From: Acidobacteriota bacterium
GTDB taxonomy: Bacteria; Acidobacteriota; UBA6911
Direction: 5' to 3'
Assembly (NCBI GenBank): GCA_963664705.1
Contig: OY761556.1
Span: forward strand, 192,001 to 256,000
Length of the DNA: 64,000 nucleotides
The position numbers and the translations under genes were made by a program. A model generated the notes under the pieces. That model was not told the DNA's origin. It searched no databases and saw nothing but the letters and a program-made list of their open reading frames with translations. This document shows, one piece after another, positions 37,697-47,050 of this stretch (within the stretch, counting starts at the first letter, position 1; each line of letters opens with the position of its first letter).

Positions 37697-38662
37697 ATGC
37701 GATTCATATATTCAGTACTGGGCAGTATCGCACTAGTGGTTTTCAGTATGGAAACAGCCTATGCGGCCGATTGTGACCGTGCCTGCCTGATGGCGCTGGC
37801 GGATAAATACATAGCAGCGCTGGTCGCACACAATCCCCAGAATGTGCCTTTGAGCAGCGATGTCAAAATAGTTGAAAATGCCAAGCGCATCCGGCTGGGA
37901 GAAGGTCTCTGGAAAACCGCATCGGCAGGCGCGACGGAATTCAGAATTGTGGTACCCGATCCTCTGTCACATCAAGTCGGCGGCATGGTCATCATGCAGT
38001 CCGAAGGGAAACCTGCTCAGGTTGGCTTTCGTCTGAAGTTGGCTGACGACGTGATCATCGAAGCCGAACACTTGATTGCAATACCTCGCAATGGTGAGCT
38101 TCCCGCTACACTGACCAAGGTTCGTCCTGCCATCCCGATGGAAATACCTTATGAATATGCCGATTCGCGCGGACGGATGATTCACATTGCCAAGTCTTAT
38201 TATGATGCCTTGGATCTGAACAACAGTTCGCTGGCGCCCTTTGCCGCTGATTGCGACCGTCTGGAAAATGGGATGCGCACCGCGCCGTCCGGAGGTCCTT
38301 TGAGAGGGCCCGATATTCCCGGTGCAGTCCCGCGGCCGATCGGGCTATTGGGGATGGTCGATTGCAAGAGCCAAATCGACATGCAAACGTTTGAATACAT
38401 CAGCGAGATTGTCGGTCGTCGGGTCGAGATTGCCGACGAAAAAACCGGTTTGGCGCTCGGCTTTTCCGATTTTCATCATGCGATGGAGAAAAAGCAATTC
38501 AGAATACTCAATGACCCGGGGCGCGAGACGGTCGATAGATCCTATTCTCCCTTTGATACGCTGGCGATGCATATTTTTAAGATATGGAGCGGCCAGATTC
38601 ATGAAATCGAAGCCATCGGCGTCGGTGCACCCTACAACTCGCCAAGCGGCTGGGAGAAATAA
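37697..38662 (+). CDS. Exported hypothetical protein (tandem NTF2-like family), paralog 2
   Basis: RBS GGAG, signal peptide ending AYA; CDRACL, GEGLW, CDRLENGMRT, FKIWSGQIHEIEA, PY...GW. Confidence 0.8.
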   Translation: MRFIYSVLGSIALVVFSMETAYAADCDRACLMALADKYIAALVAHNPQNVPLSSDVKIVENAKRIRLGEGLWKTASAGATEFRIVVPDPLSHQVGGMVIMQSEGKPAQVGFRLKLADDVIIEAEHLIAIPRNGELPATLTKVRPAIPMEIPYEYADSRGRMIHIAKSYYDALDLNNSSLAPFAADCDRLENGMRTAPSGGPLRGPDIPGAVPRPIGLLGMVDCKSQIDMQTFEYISEIVGRRVEIADEKTGLALGFSDFHHAMEKKQFRILNDPGRETVDRSYSPFDTLAMHIFKIWSGQIHEIEAIGVGAPYNSPSGWEK

Positions 38663-38668
38663 AAGAAA

Positions 38669-39130
38669 TTATTTGTAGGTCGCTTTCCCATCATATGTTG
38701 GGTTCATCACAACGGAGAAATGAAATATCGGCCGGTTGACCTCGAGTATGCGCATCGGATTGTGCGCAGCCCCGGCCGGCAGCCATATCATCGTGGAGCG
38801 GGTGAGTCTGTGGGCCTCACCGTTCACCGAGAACTCGATAACTCCGCCAAGGTCGTAGGGGTCGTCCGGGTTGCTCCCGTAGAAGCCGATAAGTTCGTCA
38901 TAATCGTGAACGTGCTCCGTGAAGATCGGATCTCTCGGGGCAGGGGCGAAATACCAGGCGGTATTCATCTGAAAAGCGCCTTCGCAGACGCTGCTGTCCA
39001 TCCATAGGATGCGCTTGGCGAACCGGGTGTACAGTTCCCGGAACTCCGGCGTGCCCAGGCTGGCGGGCTCTTTGAGTTCTTGTATGAAGTATTTCCCGTA
39101 TTGTCCGCCGCTGTTGTTGTCGTAGACCAT
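38669..39130 (-). CDS. Cupin-fold protein
   Basis: EHVHDYDE (HxHxxxE) and PAGAAHNP cupin motifs. Confidence 0.75.
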   Translation of the reverse strand: MVYDNNSGGQYGKYFIQELKEPASLGTPEFRELYTRFAKRILWMDSSVCEGAFQMNTAWYFAPAPRDPIFTEHVHDYDELIGFYGSNPDDPYDLGGVIEFSVNGEAHRLTRSTMIWLPAGAAHNPMRILEVNRPIFHFSVVMNPTYDGKATYK

Positions 39131-39147
39131 TAACACGTCCCTTTCTT

Positions 39148-40098
39148 TTACTCTTTGGGCAGATCCCATTGAATGAATTGCCAATACGGTGCATTCACTC
39201 GCTTGCGGTAGGCGTCCATATTCACAGCGCGCCAATCGTAGAAGCCCACTCCGGTTTTTTCGCCGAGATCGCCTTTGGCTACCCTGTCGGTAATAGCCGG
39301 CGGGGCCTCGGTCATATTGCTGAGCGACGGGAACACACTGTTGCAGACACGCATGTTGAGCGTCAGATCACCGCTGTCGAAGTGCTCAAAAATGCCTATG
39401 GACGTATACCGCGGGCAGAAGCTGTAGTTCAGACAAGTATCGATGTCCCTGGGATCGGCAATACCGCTCTCAGCGAGATTGAGAGCCTCTCTCCATAGGG
39501 CGAACTGCAGGCGGTTGCCTATGAAGCCCGGGGCGGGCTTCTTGAGGATAACTGGCCTGCGATCGAGCGATTCGAGCAGCTCCTTGGCAAATTGCAGTGC
39601 GTCGCCATTCGTGGCCGCACCGCCGCAAAGCTCAAAAAATGGAACCATGTGAGCCGGATTGAACGGGTGCGTCACGATGATGCGGTCCCGATACTTGCGG
39701 GCCTTCTCGTTTAGGCGATCCGGCACGAGCGAGGAGCTTACTGAGCAGATCGCCTGGATATGCGGACATGTCTCTTCGATTCGGGCATAGATCTCATGCT
39801 TGAGATCGATGTCCTCGGGAACACATTCAAAGATGACGTCGCAGTCTGCCAGACTGCCGTAGTCGGTGGAGTATTCGAGGTACCTCTCGCAGATGGCCAA
39901 CTGCTCCTGGGGCATGAGTCCTTGACTGATCAGCTGGCGGAAGTAGTCGTCGTACGTCTTCTTGTATTCCGGGATCATCTCCGCGCGGCGTACAACGAGC
40001 TTGGTGCTGTAACCGTGGCCTGTTGTCAGCACGGCCAGGCTATCCCCAATCATGCCGGCCCCGATGATTCCGATCTGTTTCACGCTTTCGAGCTTCAT
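39148..40098 (-). CDS. 3-hydroxyacyl-CoA dehydrogenase family protein
   Basis: GAGMIG, ECVPE...K, HPFNP.H..P..E, PGFIGNRLQ, G.KTG.GFY. Confidence 0.92.
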   Translation of the reverse strand: MKLESVKQIGIIGAGMIGDSLAVLTTGHGYSTKLVVRRAEMIPEYKKTYDDYFRQLISQGLMPQEQLAICERYLEYSTDYGSLADCDVIFECVPEDIDLKHEIYARIEETCPHIQAICSVSSSLVPDRLNEKARKYRDRIIVTHPFNPAHMVPFFELCGGAATNGDALQFAKELLESLDRRPVILKKPAPGFIGNRLQFALWREALNLAESGIADPRDIDTCLNYSFCPRYTSIGIFEHFDSGDLTLNMRVCNSVFPSLSNMTEAPPAITDRVAKGDLGEKTGVGFYDWRAVNMDAYRKRVNAPYWQFIQWDLPKE

Positions 40099-40508
40099 GC
40101 TAATCGTCCATTTCTCCGGTCCCCCTGGAGCTATAACTCAAGGACCTTATTGGGAAGAGAGCTTTAGAGATCTGATCTTCTCAGCCAGATTCACAGAATA
40201 ACCGCTTGCTAACTCGCAAGCTGATTTTTGTGTGAGATCCGGTTTAAGGGAATCGATTTCTGCTGGAAAAGAATAACTCTTGATGGCTACTTGTGGCCGA
40301 TCAAAATTCTCCGCGCGACAGAATAAAACAGTCCTTTCGTATGATCCAAGCCTATTCTCTTTTCACAGGCTGCCGTTCTTAGCTCTGTACGACTATGTGG
40401 CTGGCCAAAAGCAAGAGGAGATCAAAATTCGAGAGGTAGCGCCACGGGATATTACATCAAATCAAGTGAGCATGAAGAGAAAGAGACTTGTATCAATCAG
40501 GCGAATCA

Positions 40509-40528
40509 TACAAAATGTACGATATGTA
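40509..40528 (+). promoter_or_regulatory. Candidate antitoxin operator
   Basis: TACA-AAA-TGTA overlapping TAC-GATAT-GTA just upstream of the antitoxin start. Confidence 0.5.
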
Positions 40529-40539
40529 AGGATGGAATT

Positions 40540-40788
40540 ATGACTAGACTCACCGCATCTCAACTTCGCGAAGATATGGCGACCGCAATAAATAAAGTAG
40601 CTTTTGGAGGAGAACGAATTGTCCTCCAGAGGAACAACAAAGATGTGGCTGCTCTCGTCCCGATGGAGGATTTGACCTTGCTCAAAGAATTAGAGGACAG
40701 GGTGGATTTGGAGGAGATAAAGAAAGCGCTCGCCGAACCAGGTTCGAATATCCCTTGGGAAGATATCAAGAAGGAATTGGGAATTTAG
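40540..40788 (+). CDS. Type II antitoxin, Phd/YefM family
   Basis: LTASQLRE....INKV..GGERIVL.R.....AALVP; acidic C-terminus IPWEDIKKELG. Confidence 0.9.
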   Translation: MTRLTASQLREDMATAINKVAFGGERIVLQRNNKDVAALVPMEDLTLLKELEDRVDLEEIKKALAEPGSNIPWEDIKKELGI

Positions 40789-41052
40789 GTGACATACAGG
40801 ATCGAGTTTCGGCCTGCGGCCCTCCGCGATTTGAAAAGCCTGCCCAAAGATATACTGGATAGGGTCAGCAGAAGGATATCAGCCCTGGCAGAAGATCCAC
40901 GTCCATTGGGGGTGGAGAAGCTGTCAGGAAGCGAAGAGGACTTCTATCGAGTTCGAGTGGGTGATTACCGAATTCTTTATTCCATCCAAGACAAGATCTT
41001 ACTAGTCATCATTGTTAAGATGAGACACCGCCGGGAAGTGTATCGCGGATAA
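40789..41052 (+). CDS. Type II toxin, RelE/ParE family
   Basis: YRIEF...A.RDL..L, PRP.G..KL.G, YRVRVGDYRILY, HRREVYR. Confidence 0.92.
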   Translation: MTYRIEFRPAALRDLKSLPKDILDRVSRRISALAEDPRPLGVEKLSGSEEDFYRVRVGDYRILYSIQDKILLVIIVKMRHRREVYRG

Positions 41053-41160
41053 TTAACCCGCAAGCATGATGCTCGTTAAAGCCGATTCAACAGCTACAAT
41101 AACGTCTACATTGGACAGTTTGTGATAGGGCAGCGGCGGGCGTAAGTGCCTGGATTTAAG

Positions 41161-41237
41161 TGGTCGGGGCACGCAGATTTGAACTGCGGACCTCCTGCGC
41201 CCAAGGCAGGCGCGCTACCAGGCTGCGCTATGCCCCG
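41161..41237 (-). tRNA. tRNA-Pro (anticodon TGG)
   Basis: Minus strand CGGGGCATAGCGCAGCCTGGTAGCGCG-CCTGC-CT-TGG-GC-GCAGG-AGGTC-CGCAGTTCAAATCTGCG-TGCCCCGACCA; full cloverleaf with CCA. Confidence 0.97.
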
Positions 41238-41275
41238 ACTTAATAGGGTCGTCATTGTAACCTAATTCACAACGG

Positions 41276-41312
41276 GTGACAATTGACGATTTACGATTTG
41301 CGATTGACGATT
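41276..41312. repeat. Heptamer tandem array (TTGACGA type)
   Basis: GTGACAA TTGACGA TTTACGA TTTGCGA TTGACGA, overlapping the rdgB stop. Confidence 0.75.
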
Positions 41313-41884
41313 CTGCTGATAAAAGCCGCAACGGCACGGGCGCGATGGCTGTGCGCATTCTTTTCTACCTGTGATAATTCCGCGTAGGTTTTCCCGAGCT
41401 CCGGAAAGAAAAATACCGGATCATAGCCGAATCCATTATTGCCGCGCGGTTCCTTCGCTATGATCCCGCAGCATTCACCTTCTGCCTCCAGAACCAGCTG
41501 GCCTTCCTTTGCGCACGCAAGCGCACAGACGAACCTGGCATTCCGGAGTCCGCTCAGCTGCTCGAGTTCGTCCAGGAGCTTGCGGATTCGATCTGCATCG
41601 GATGCGCCCGTGCCCGCGTAGCGCGCCGAGTAGATGCCAGGCCTGCCCCCAAGCGCTTCCACTTCAAGACCGGAGTCATCCGCAAGAACCGGAAATGGAG
41701 TCAATTGGGAATAGGCCAGGGCTTTGATTCGGGCATTTTCAGCGAAGGTACTGCCTGTTTCCTCGCATTCCGCATCGATGGAGAGATCGGCCAGACTCAA
41801 TATACTGCAGGGCAGGGGAATCAGAAGCTCCCTGAATTCCCGCAATTTCCCCTTGTTTTTTGTAGCAATAACAAGCGTGTCCAT
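41291..41884 (-). CDS. rdgB: Non-canonical purine NTP pyrophosphatase
   Basis: ATKNKGK..E, EETG.TF.ENA..KA, ADDSGL, PGIYSARY, GFGYDP.F, SHR..A. Confidence 0.95.
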   Translation of the reverse strand: MDTLVIATKNKGKLREFRELLIPLPCSILSLADLSIDAECEETGSTFAENARIKALAYSQLTPFPVLADDSGLEVEALGGRPGIYSARYAGTGASDADRIRKLLDELEQLSGLRNARFVCALACAKEGQLVLEAEGECCGIIAKEPRGNNGFGYDPVFFFPELGKTYAELSQVEKNAHSHRARAVAAFISRIVNRKS

Positions 41885-41958
41885 AATTCGCTCTACATCT
41901 TGGAGATTACTCGTAAAACACTGGGACTGCAGTGCTCCCGGCAGCGATCCCGGGAGTC

Positions 41959-42711
41959 TTACTTCAGCAAAGGGAAGAGGCGTTTGAGGTCCATCCGAGA
42001 CTCAAGCGCCGACCGCTGCAGTTGCACCAGTTGCTGGATTCCCTGAGCCCCCAGTTTCTGCAGTTCGATAAGCTGTTCGCCCGAGAATGGCGTTTTTTCG
42101 GCTGTGCCCTGGACTTCCACGTATCGTCCCTGTCCGGTCATTACCAGGTTCATATCTACTTCAGCTTTCGAGTCTTCCTTGTAGTCAAGATCCAGGCAGG
42201 CTGCGCCGTCAAAGATTCCAACAGAGATAGCGGCGACATAGTCCTGGAGAGGCGAAGCCGGAAGCATTTTTCTGTCCATCAGCCGGATGATGGCAGACGT
42301 CAGGGCCAGGAATCCGCCCGTGATGGAAGCGGTTCGCGTGCCGCCATCTGCCTGGATGACATCGCAATCAATTAGAAAAGTGCGGGTGCCGAGAAGCGAG
42401 GGATTGACAACCGAACGAAGCGACCGCCCAATGAGCCGCTGAATTTCCACGGTACGGCCGGTCTGTTTGCCGCGTGCCGCTTCCCTGGCCGTTCGAGTGT
42501 TCGTTGCGCCCGGCAGCATACCGTATTCGGCTGTGATCCATCCCTGGTTCATGTGATTGAGAAAGGGTGGAACTTTATCCTCGACCGTGCAGGTGCACAA
42601 AACTCGTGTGTCCCCGATGCTGATTTGAACGGATCCCTGGGGATGCCTGGTGTAGTCCATTTCGATGCGAGTTTCCCGCATCTGGTCGAAATTGCGCCCG
42701 CTTGGTCTCAT
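41959..42711 (-). CDS. rph: Ribonuclease PH
   Basis: [46 protein letters not shown]. Confidence 0.97.
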   Translation of the reverse strand: MRPSGRNFDQMRETRIEMDYTRHPQGSVQISIGDTRVLCTCTVEDKVPPFLNHMNQGWITAEYGMLPGATNTRTAREAARGKQTGRTVEIQRLIGRSLRSVVNPSLLGTRTFLIDCDVIQADGGTRTASITGGFLALTSAIIRLMDRKMLPASPLQDYVAAISVGIFDGAACLDLDYKEDSKAEVDMNLVMTGQGRYVEVQGTAEKTPFSGEQLIELQKLGAQGIQQLVQLQRSALESRMDLKRLFPLLK

Positions 42712-42845
42712 AGAAATCTCCTTACCTCCGGCAAAAAAAAAGAACGCACATTCTATCAGTGGCGATAAGAGAAATGAAAGGATGTAAACCAGAAGAATGC
42801 AGGTCACAGGCATTGCTTTTGCAATCCGATTCTCCTAGCATACAA

Positions 42846-43571
42846 ATGATGAATACTTATTTTTTCGGCGGTCCGAGCACAAAGACTGTTAAGGCTCTAA
42901 TTATTGTAAATATTGGTGTTTTCGTTCTCCAGACGCTATTTCACCTTCTGGGGAGCAACGTCATTGATCTCTATTTCGGACTGGTTCCCATCCGCGTCAC
43001 CGAAGGGTACATGTTATGGCAATTGGTGACGTACATGTTCCTCCACGGCGGTGTCTTCCATATCTTCTTTAACATGTTGACCCTTTTCATGTTCGGGAAT
43101 GAGTTGGAACGATACTGGGGAACCTACCGATTCCTGAACTACTATTTTATTACCGGAATCGGTGCGGGAATCTGCTCCTGGGCTGTTGCCCCGCACAGTT
43201 TCGCCGTCGTGATCGGCGCTTCCGGTGCTATTTACGGACTTCTCCTTGCCTATGGCCTGACCTATCCTAATCGCATTGTCTATGTGAACTTCCTGCTTCC
43301 TCTGAAAGTCAAATGGCTGGTCATCATCATGGGCGCGATGGCCTTTTTCTCCTCGATTGGCGGGACGGAACCCGGCATCGCCAGTATTGCCCACCTCGGC
43401 GGCATGGTTGTGGGTTACCTCGTTCTGAAGGGAAAAGACTGGTATGACAAATACCGGTATTTCGATGAACAGAGGCACCGTGAGCAGCTCAAACGCCAGT
43501 TTGAGGTTTATTACGGCGACGTCCGACGCAAGGTCGAGGACGATAAGAAAAAAGGCCCAACAATCCATTAA
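42846..43571 (+). CDS. Rhomboid family intramembrane serine protease
   Basis: WQ.VTYMFLH, HI.FNM, GASG and AHLGG motifs. Confidence 0.93.
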   Translation: MMNTYFFGGPSTKTVKALIIVNIGVFVLQTLFHLLGSNVIDLYFGLVPIRVTEGYMLWQLVTYMFLHGGVFHIFFNMLTLFMFGNELERYWGTYRFLNYYFITGIGAGICSWAVAPHSFAVVIGASGAIYGLLLAYGLTYPNRIVYVNFLLPLKVKWLVIIMGAMAFFSSIGGTEPGIASIAHLGGMVVGYLVLKGKDWYDKYRYFDEQRHREQLKRQFEVYYGDVRRKVEDDKKKGPTIH

Positions 43572-43606
43572 ATGACGAATTACGAATGACGAATGACGAA
43601 TTACGA
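43572..43606 (+). repeat. Heptamer array, left flank of the four-helix-bundle gene
   Basis: ATGACGA ATTACGA ATGACGA ATGACGA ATTACGA. Confidence 0.9.
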
Positions 43607-43698
43607 ATGCAAAGCACTGCTAATATTTTTGTCCTTCCCGCCTGAAAATTCCCATGAAAAAAAATGGCTCAAAAAGAGGCCATACCAATTAGATCAGC

Positions 43699-44052
43699 AT
43701 GGGAGCAGAACCGCTTAGGAAAAGGACGCAGGCATTCGCCTTTGCGATAATTCAGTTTGTTCAGACAATTCCGGACCGGGGCCCCGCACGTGTCATCGGC
43801 CAGCAACTTGTGCGTTGTGGTACATCGGTGGGTGCCAATTTCCGGGCGGCTTGTCGCGCGCGATCGCATCCTGATTTTATTGCCAAGCTTAAGATTGTTG
43901 AAGAGGAGTGTGATGAGTCCATCTATTGGCTGGAATTATTGGCAGACTTGAACCTGAGCAATGGAGGCATGCTTCAGAAGCTAACTTTGGAAGCCAACGA
44001 AATTTTGGCCATAATCGTAGCATCCATCAAGACCGCCCGCAAAAACTCCTGA
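43699..44052 (+). CDS. Four-helix-bundle protein (23S rRNA IVP/Avd-like family)
   Basis: L..RT..FA..I, QLVRCGTSVGAN.RAACRARS..DFIAKL.IVEEE.DES.YWLELL, EANE..AI..ASIKT. Confidence 0.92.
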   Translation: MGAEPLRKRTQAFAFAIIQFVQTIPDRGPARVIGQQLVRCGTSVGANFRAACRARSHPDFIAKLKIVEEECDESIYWLELLADLNLSNGGMLQKLTLEANEILAIIVASIKTARKNS

Positions 44053-44107
44053 TTCGTCACTCTTCATTCCCAATTCCCAATTCGTAATTCGTAATTCGTA
44101 ATTCAGA
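44052..44107 (-). repeat. Heptamer array, right flank (inverted relative to the left)
   Basis: ATTCGTC ACTCTTC ATTCCCA ATTCCCA ATTCGTA ATTCGTA ATTCGTA ATTCAGA, eight in-phase 7-mers. Confidence 0.9.
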
Positions 44108-46280
44108 ACGATGGTCCGACGGAAATGTAGAAGCTGAAGCGTCCACCTTCGGCCCAGCCTCCGGTTGCCCGGACCGGGCCAAGAATCGTGTCCACGGCAA
44201 GCCCAAGTCCTGCGCCGCTTATATAACCGAAATTGTATGGATGCCGCGGTTCAATGCTGGAGTCCATTCCGTTATAGGTTCCGACAACATAGCCTCGGCG
44301 GACGAGGCTGAATGGCCTCGAAAAGATCAGCCTGCGGTAACTGGCGGATACGATAGCCATTTGCCGAACCGGGAACTCGTCCCGACGCAGCCCCAGGAAT
44401 GGAATCGATGCTGCTTGCGAAGCCGAAGATCCTCCTACGAAGAAAAGGTCGTAAAACGGGACTGTGCCGTGGGAATACCCCAGGTTGGCGTTGATCTGAA
44501 TTGTCGACTGAGGCGAAAAGGAAATGGAGCGCTGATAATCCATAGTCCACTTGGAATAGTCCAGGTCGCTGCCCAGCGATGGGCTCCGTTTATCAATTTG
44601 AAGACGCAGTGCCATGCCGCGGCGGGGGAAATCGCGGGAATCGAGTGTGTCGCGGTTCAACCTGAATGTAAGTCCTGCGAGCCTCTGCGAGCCGGCCAGC
44701 CGGTTCGGGTCCTGGCCCCCATCGATTCTCACGCGCTCATATCGGAATCCTCCGGCAATTTCCATCTGCTTGAAAAAGGATCCGCCGATCATCAGGCGTC
44801 CGGCTTCACGCTTTTCCGTGAATCGGTCGACGATCTGCCGATCGCGCATGTCCAGACGTTCAAGGCGAAGTACTTCGATTCTGGGTTCCAGAAACAGGAA
44901 AGGGGCTTTGGCGGGGATGAGTCGCAGGGAGGCTACGTGATTTTCCAGGCCGCCGAATTGAGTCGAGAGAGTTGCGGTGGAAGGGGAGTGGAATAATTGC
45001 CGGGCGGTGAATTCGGCAAGGGCTACGAAGGTATAGTCGTTGTCGTAGCGCAGGCCCGCGCCCAGCGCCTTCAAAGGCGTTTCCTTCACGACATAAATGA
45101 GTTCGTATCGATTGCCGGGCAGCGGTTCCAGCGAATAGGCAACACTCTCAAACAGCCGCGTGGCGTACAACCGCCCGACATCCTTGCCGATTGCAGCCGA
45201 ATCCACGGTATCCCCCGGGTGTACATGGATGCTTGGCATGAGTTGTGACGCCGGAATGTGTGCGAGTCCCCGGAAGGATACGGATGAGATAGCGGGCTGT
45301 ACTACCATTGGGGATGGTGGCGGAGAAGGCGGCGCCGCCACATTGGCAGTCAAGGCCCGGATTTCCTCCAAATGCTTTTTTACTTCTTCTTCGCCGCGTG
45401 AAATGATGGTCGAGATTTTGTCATAGTCCGCATAGGTCAGATTCTGAAGCTTCGGTTGCAGTACGATGGTTGCCAGTTTCCGGTTTTCGCGAACGTTCCT
45501 TTCCATCTGCAGACTGATCGATTGATCGACGACATCCAGAAAATTGCGAATCATGTCCTTCTGCTGCAACGGGGTCGTCGTATCGACGGCGATGATGATG
45601 TCAGCGCCAAGATCGCGCGCAATGTCGGTGGGAAGATTATCGACCAGTCCGCCATCCGCGAGGAGCATGTCATCCTTTTCAAGCGGCGTGAAAAGAAGTG
45701 GAATGGCCATGGAGGCTCGGAGTGCTTCCGTCAGTGATCCTTTTTGGAATACATAGGCATTTCCATTCACAAGGTTCGTGGCAACTGCGCGGAATTGGAT
45801 TGGAAGGCGGTCGAAGTCATAGCCGGCCCGGAGCATCCGGCTGTTGGTTAGGATATCCAATTCCTCCGTCAGCCGTTGACCTCCTCGAAATCCGGTAGGC
45901 AACTCAGGGTTCCAGCCTCGGAAATATACCTGGGCCTGGTAGCGGGAGTTCCTTCGTTCAAGAAGGGGGGTGAGCCGTCGCTCCGGGGCATCGCTGAAAA
46001 TGGTTGTCCAATCCTGACCGGACAATACACGTTCAATCTCATCGGTCGAATAGCCGATGGCATACAGACCGCCGGCCAGGGCGCCAAAGCTGGTGCCCGT
46101 GATGCAGTGGATGGGGATATGCTCCCGCTCCAATGCCCGCAGTACTCCAATATGCGCGGCGCCACGCGCACCTCCGCCGCTCAGGACCAGGGCAACTTTG
46201 TGTTTCTGTTGCGCGATTCCGGAAACGGGAGGGAAGAGGCTGATAACTGCAATAGAAAAAATAAGATAGAGGTGCTTCAT
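44103..46280 (-). CDS. Patatin-like phospholipase with POTRA and Omp85-type barrel (PlpD/type Vd-like)
   Basis: Signal peptide, LSGGGARG.AHIG, GTSFG, DGG; POTRA segment ending YVVKE; barrel ending YISVGPSF. Confidence 0.88.
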   Translation of the reverse strand: MKHLYLIFSIAVISLFPPVSGIAQQKHKVALVLSGGGARGAAHIGVLRALEREHIPIHCITGTSFGALAGGLYAIGYSTDEIERVLSGQDWTTIFSDAPERRLTPLLERRNSRYQAQVYFRGWNPELPTGFRGGQRLTEELDILTNSRMLRAGYDFDRLPIQFRAVATNLVNGNAYVFQKGSLTEALRASMAIPLLFTPLEKDDMLLADGGLVDNLPTDIARDLGADIIIAVDTTTPLQQKDMIRNFLDVVDQSISLQMERNVRENRKLATIVLQPKLQNLTYADYDKISTIISRGEEEVKKHLEEIRALTANVAAPPSPPPSPMVVQPAISSVSFRGLAHIPASQLMPSIHVHPGDTVDSAAIGKDVGRLYATRLFESVAYSLEPLPGNRYELIYVVKETPLKALGAGLRYDNDYTFVALAEFTARQLFHSPSTATLSTQFGGLENHVASLRLIPAKAPFLFLEPRIEVLRLERLDMRDRQIVDRFTEKREAGRLMIGGSFFKQMEIAGGFRYERVRIDGGQDPNRLAGSQRLAGLTFRLNRDTLDSRDFPRRGMALRLQIDKRSPSLGSDLDYSKWTMDYQRSISFSPQSTIQINANLGYSHGTVPFYDLFFVGGSSASQAASIPFLGLRRDEFPVRQMAIVSASYRRLIFSRPFSLVRRGYVVGTYNGMDSSIEPRHPYNFGYISGAGLGLAVDTILGPVRATGGWAEGGRFSFYISVGPSF

Positions 46281-46513
46281 TGCATGCTTCCTATTTATTT
46301 CAATACATTATCATGAAGATTGGAAATTTGAGATTAGAGATTGCCAATTTAACGAGGGCCTAACAGTTTCAACGACGCTCTTTGTCTTATGCCGTTCCCA
46401 ATCAAATGGAGTAACATGATAGGGAGTTGGACGTAATACTACTCAAATGGAATAGTTGTCTTTAACAGGAGCACTGGAACAATAATCCTTGTCAAAGGAG
46501 GAAGGTTTATCCG

Positions 46514-46981
46514 ATGAAAAGCAAAATACTTTTGATTGGGGCAGTCGTATTGCTGGTAGTTGCAGCTGCTTATGCTGCCGATGTTACCGGCAAATGGGTG
46601 GCGGAAATGCAGGGGAGAAACGGCACGACCCAAACCACATTCGACCTTAAAGCGGATGGGGCAAAGCTGACTGGAACCATGCAGGGTGCCCAGGGAGATC
46701 CTGTGGCAATCCAGGATGGCAAAATTGATGGTGATAACATTTCGTTTGTTGCCGTACGCAAAATGGGCGAAATGGAAATGAAGACGACCTGGAAAGGAAA
46801 AGTTACCGGCGATCAAATCAGCTTCACGCGGGAATTCCAGATGCCGGCCGGCGGTATGGGTGGTCCTGGCGGCGGTCCCGGTGGCGGTGGTATGGGCGGC
46901 CCCGGCGGTGGTGGCATGGGCGGTCCCGGCGGTGGTATGGGCGGTCCTCCACCCGCAATCATTGCAAAAAGAGTGAAATAA
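46514..46981 (+). CDS. Exported small beta-protein with Gly/Pro/Met repeat
   Basis: RBS AAGGAGG, signal peptide ending AYA, ADVTGKW...LTGT...DGK.DG..ISF; GGMGGPGG repeats at 46850-46948. Confidence 0.8.
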   Translation: MKSKILLIGAVVLLVVAAAYAADVTGKWVAEMQGRNGTTQTTFDLKADGAKLTGTMQGAQGDPVAIQDGKIDGDNISFVAVRKMGEMEMKTTWKGKVTGDQISFTREFQMPAGGMGGPGGGPGGGGMGGPGGGGMGGPGGGMGGPPPAIIAKRVK

Positions 46982-46997
46982 CCCAAACGCAGGAATG

Positions 46998-47036
46998 GCA
47001 GGCGACCGGGTGGTTCTGCCACCCGGGCCGACCTGC
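46998..47036 (+). terminator. GC-rich hairpin
   Basis: CCGGGTGG/CCACCCGG inner stem plus GCAGG/CCTGC outer stem. Confidence 0.5.
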
Positions 47037-47050
47037 AGCCGGGATTTATC

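Noticed and set aside
40280-40543. 87-aa ORF upstream of the antitoxin as a third TA component
   Set aside because: No recognisable motif, TTG start, and it runs across the TA promoter/operator region.
43699-44052. Avd-like gene as part of a diversity-generating retroelement or an rRNA intervening sequence
   Set aside because: No reverse transcriptase, TR/VR pair or rRNA in the window.
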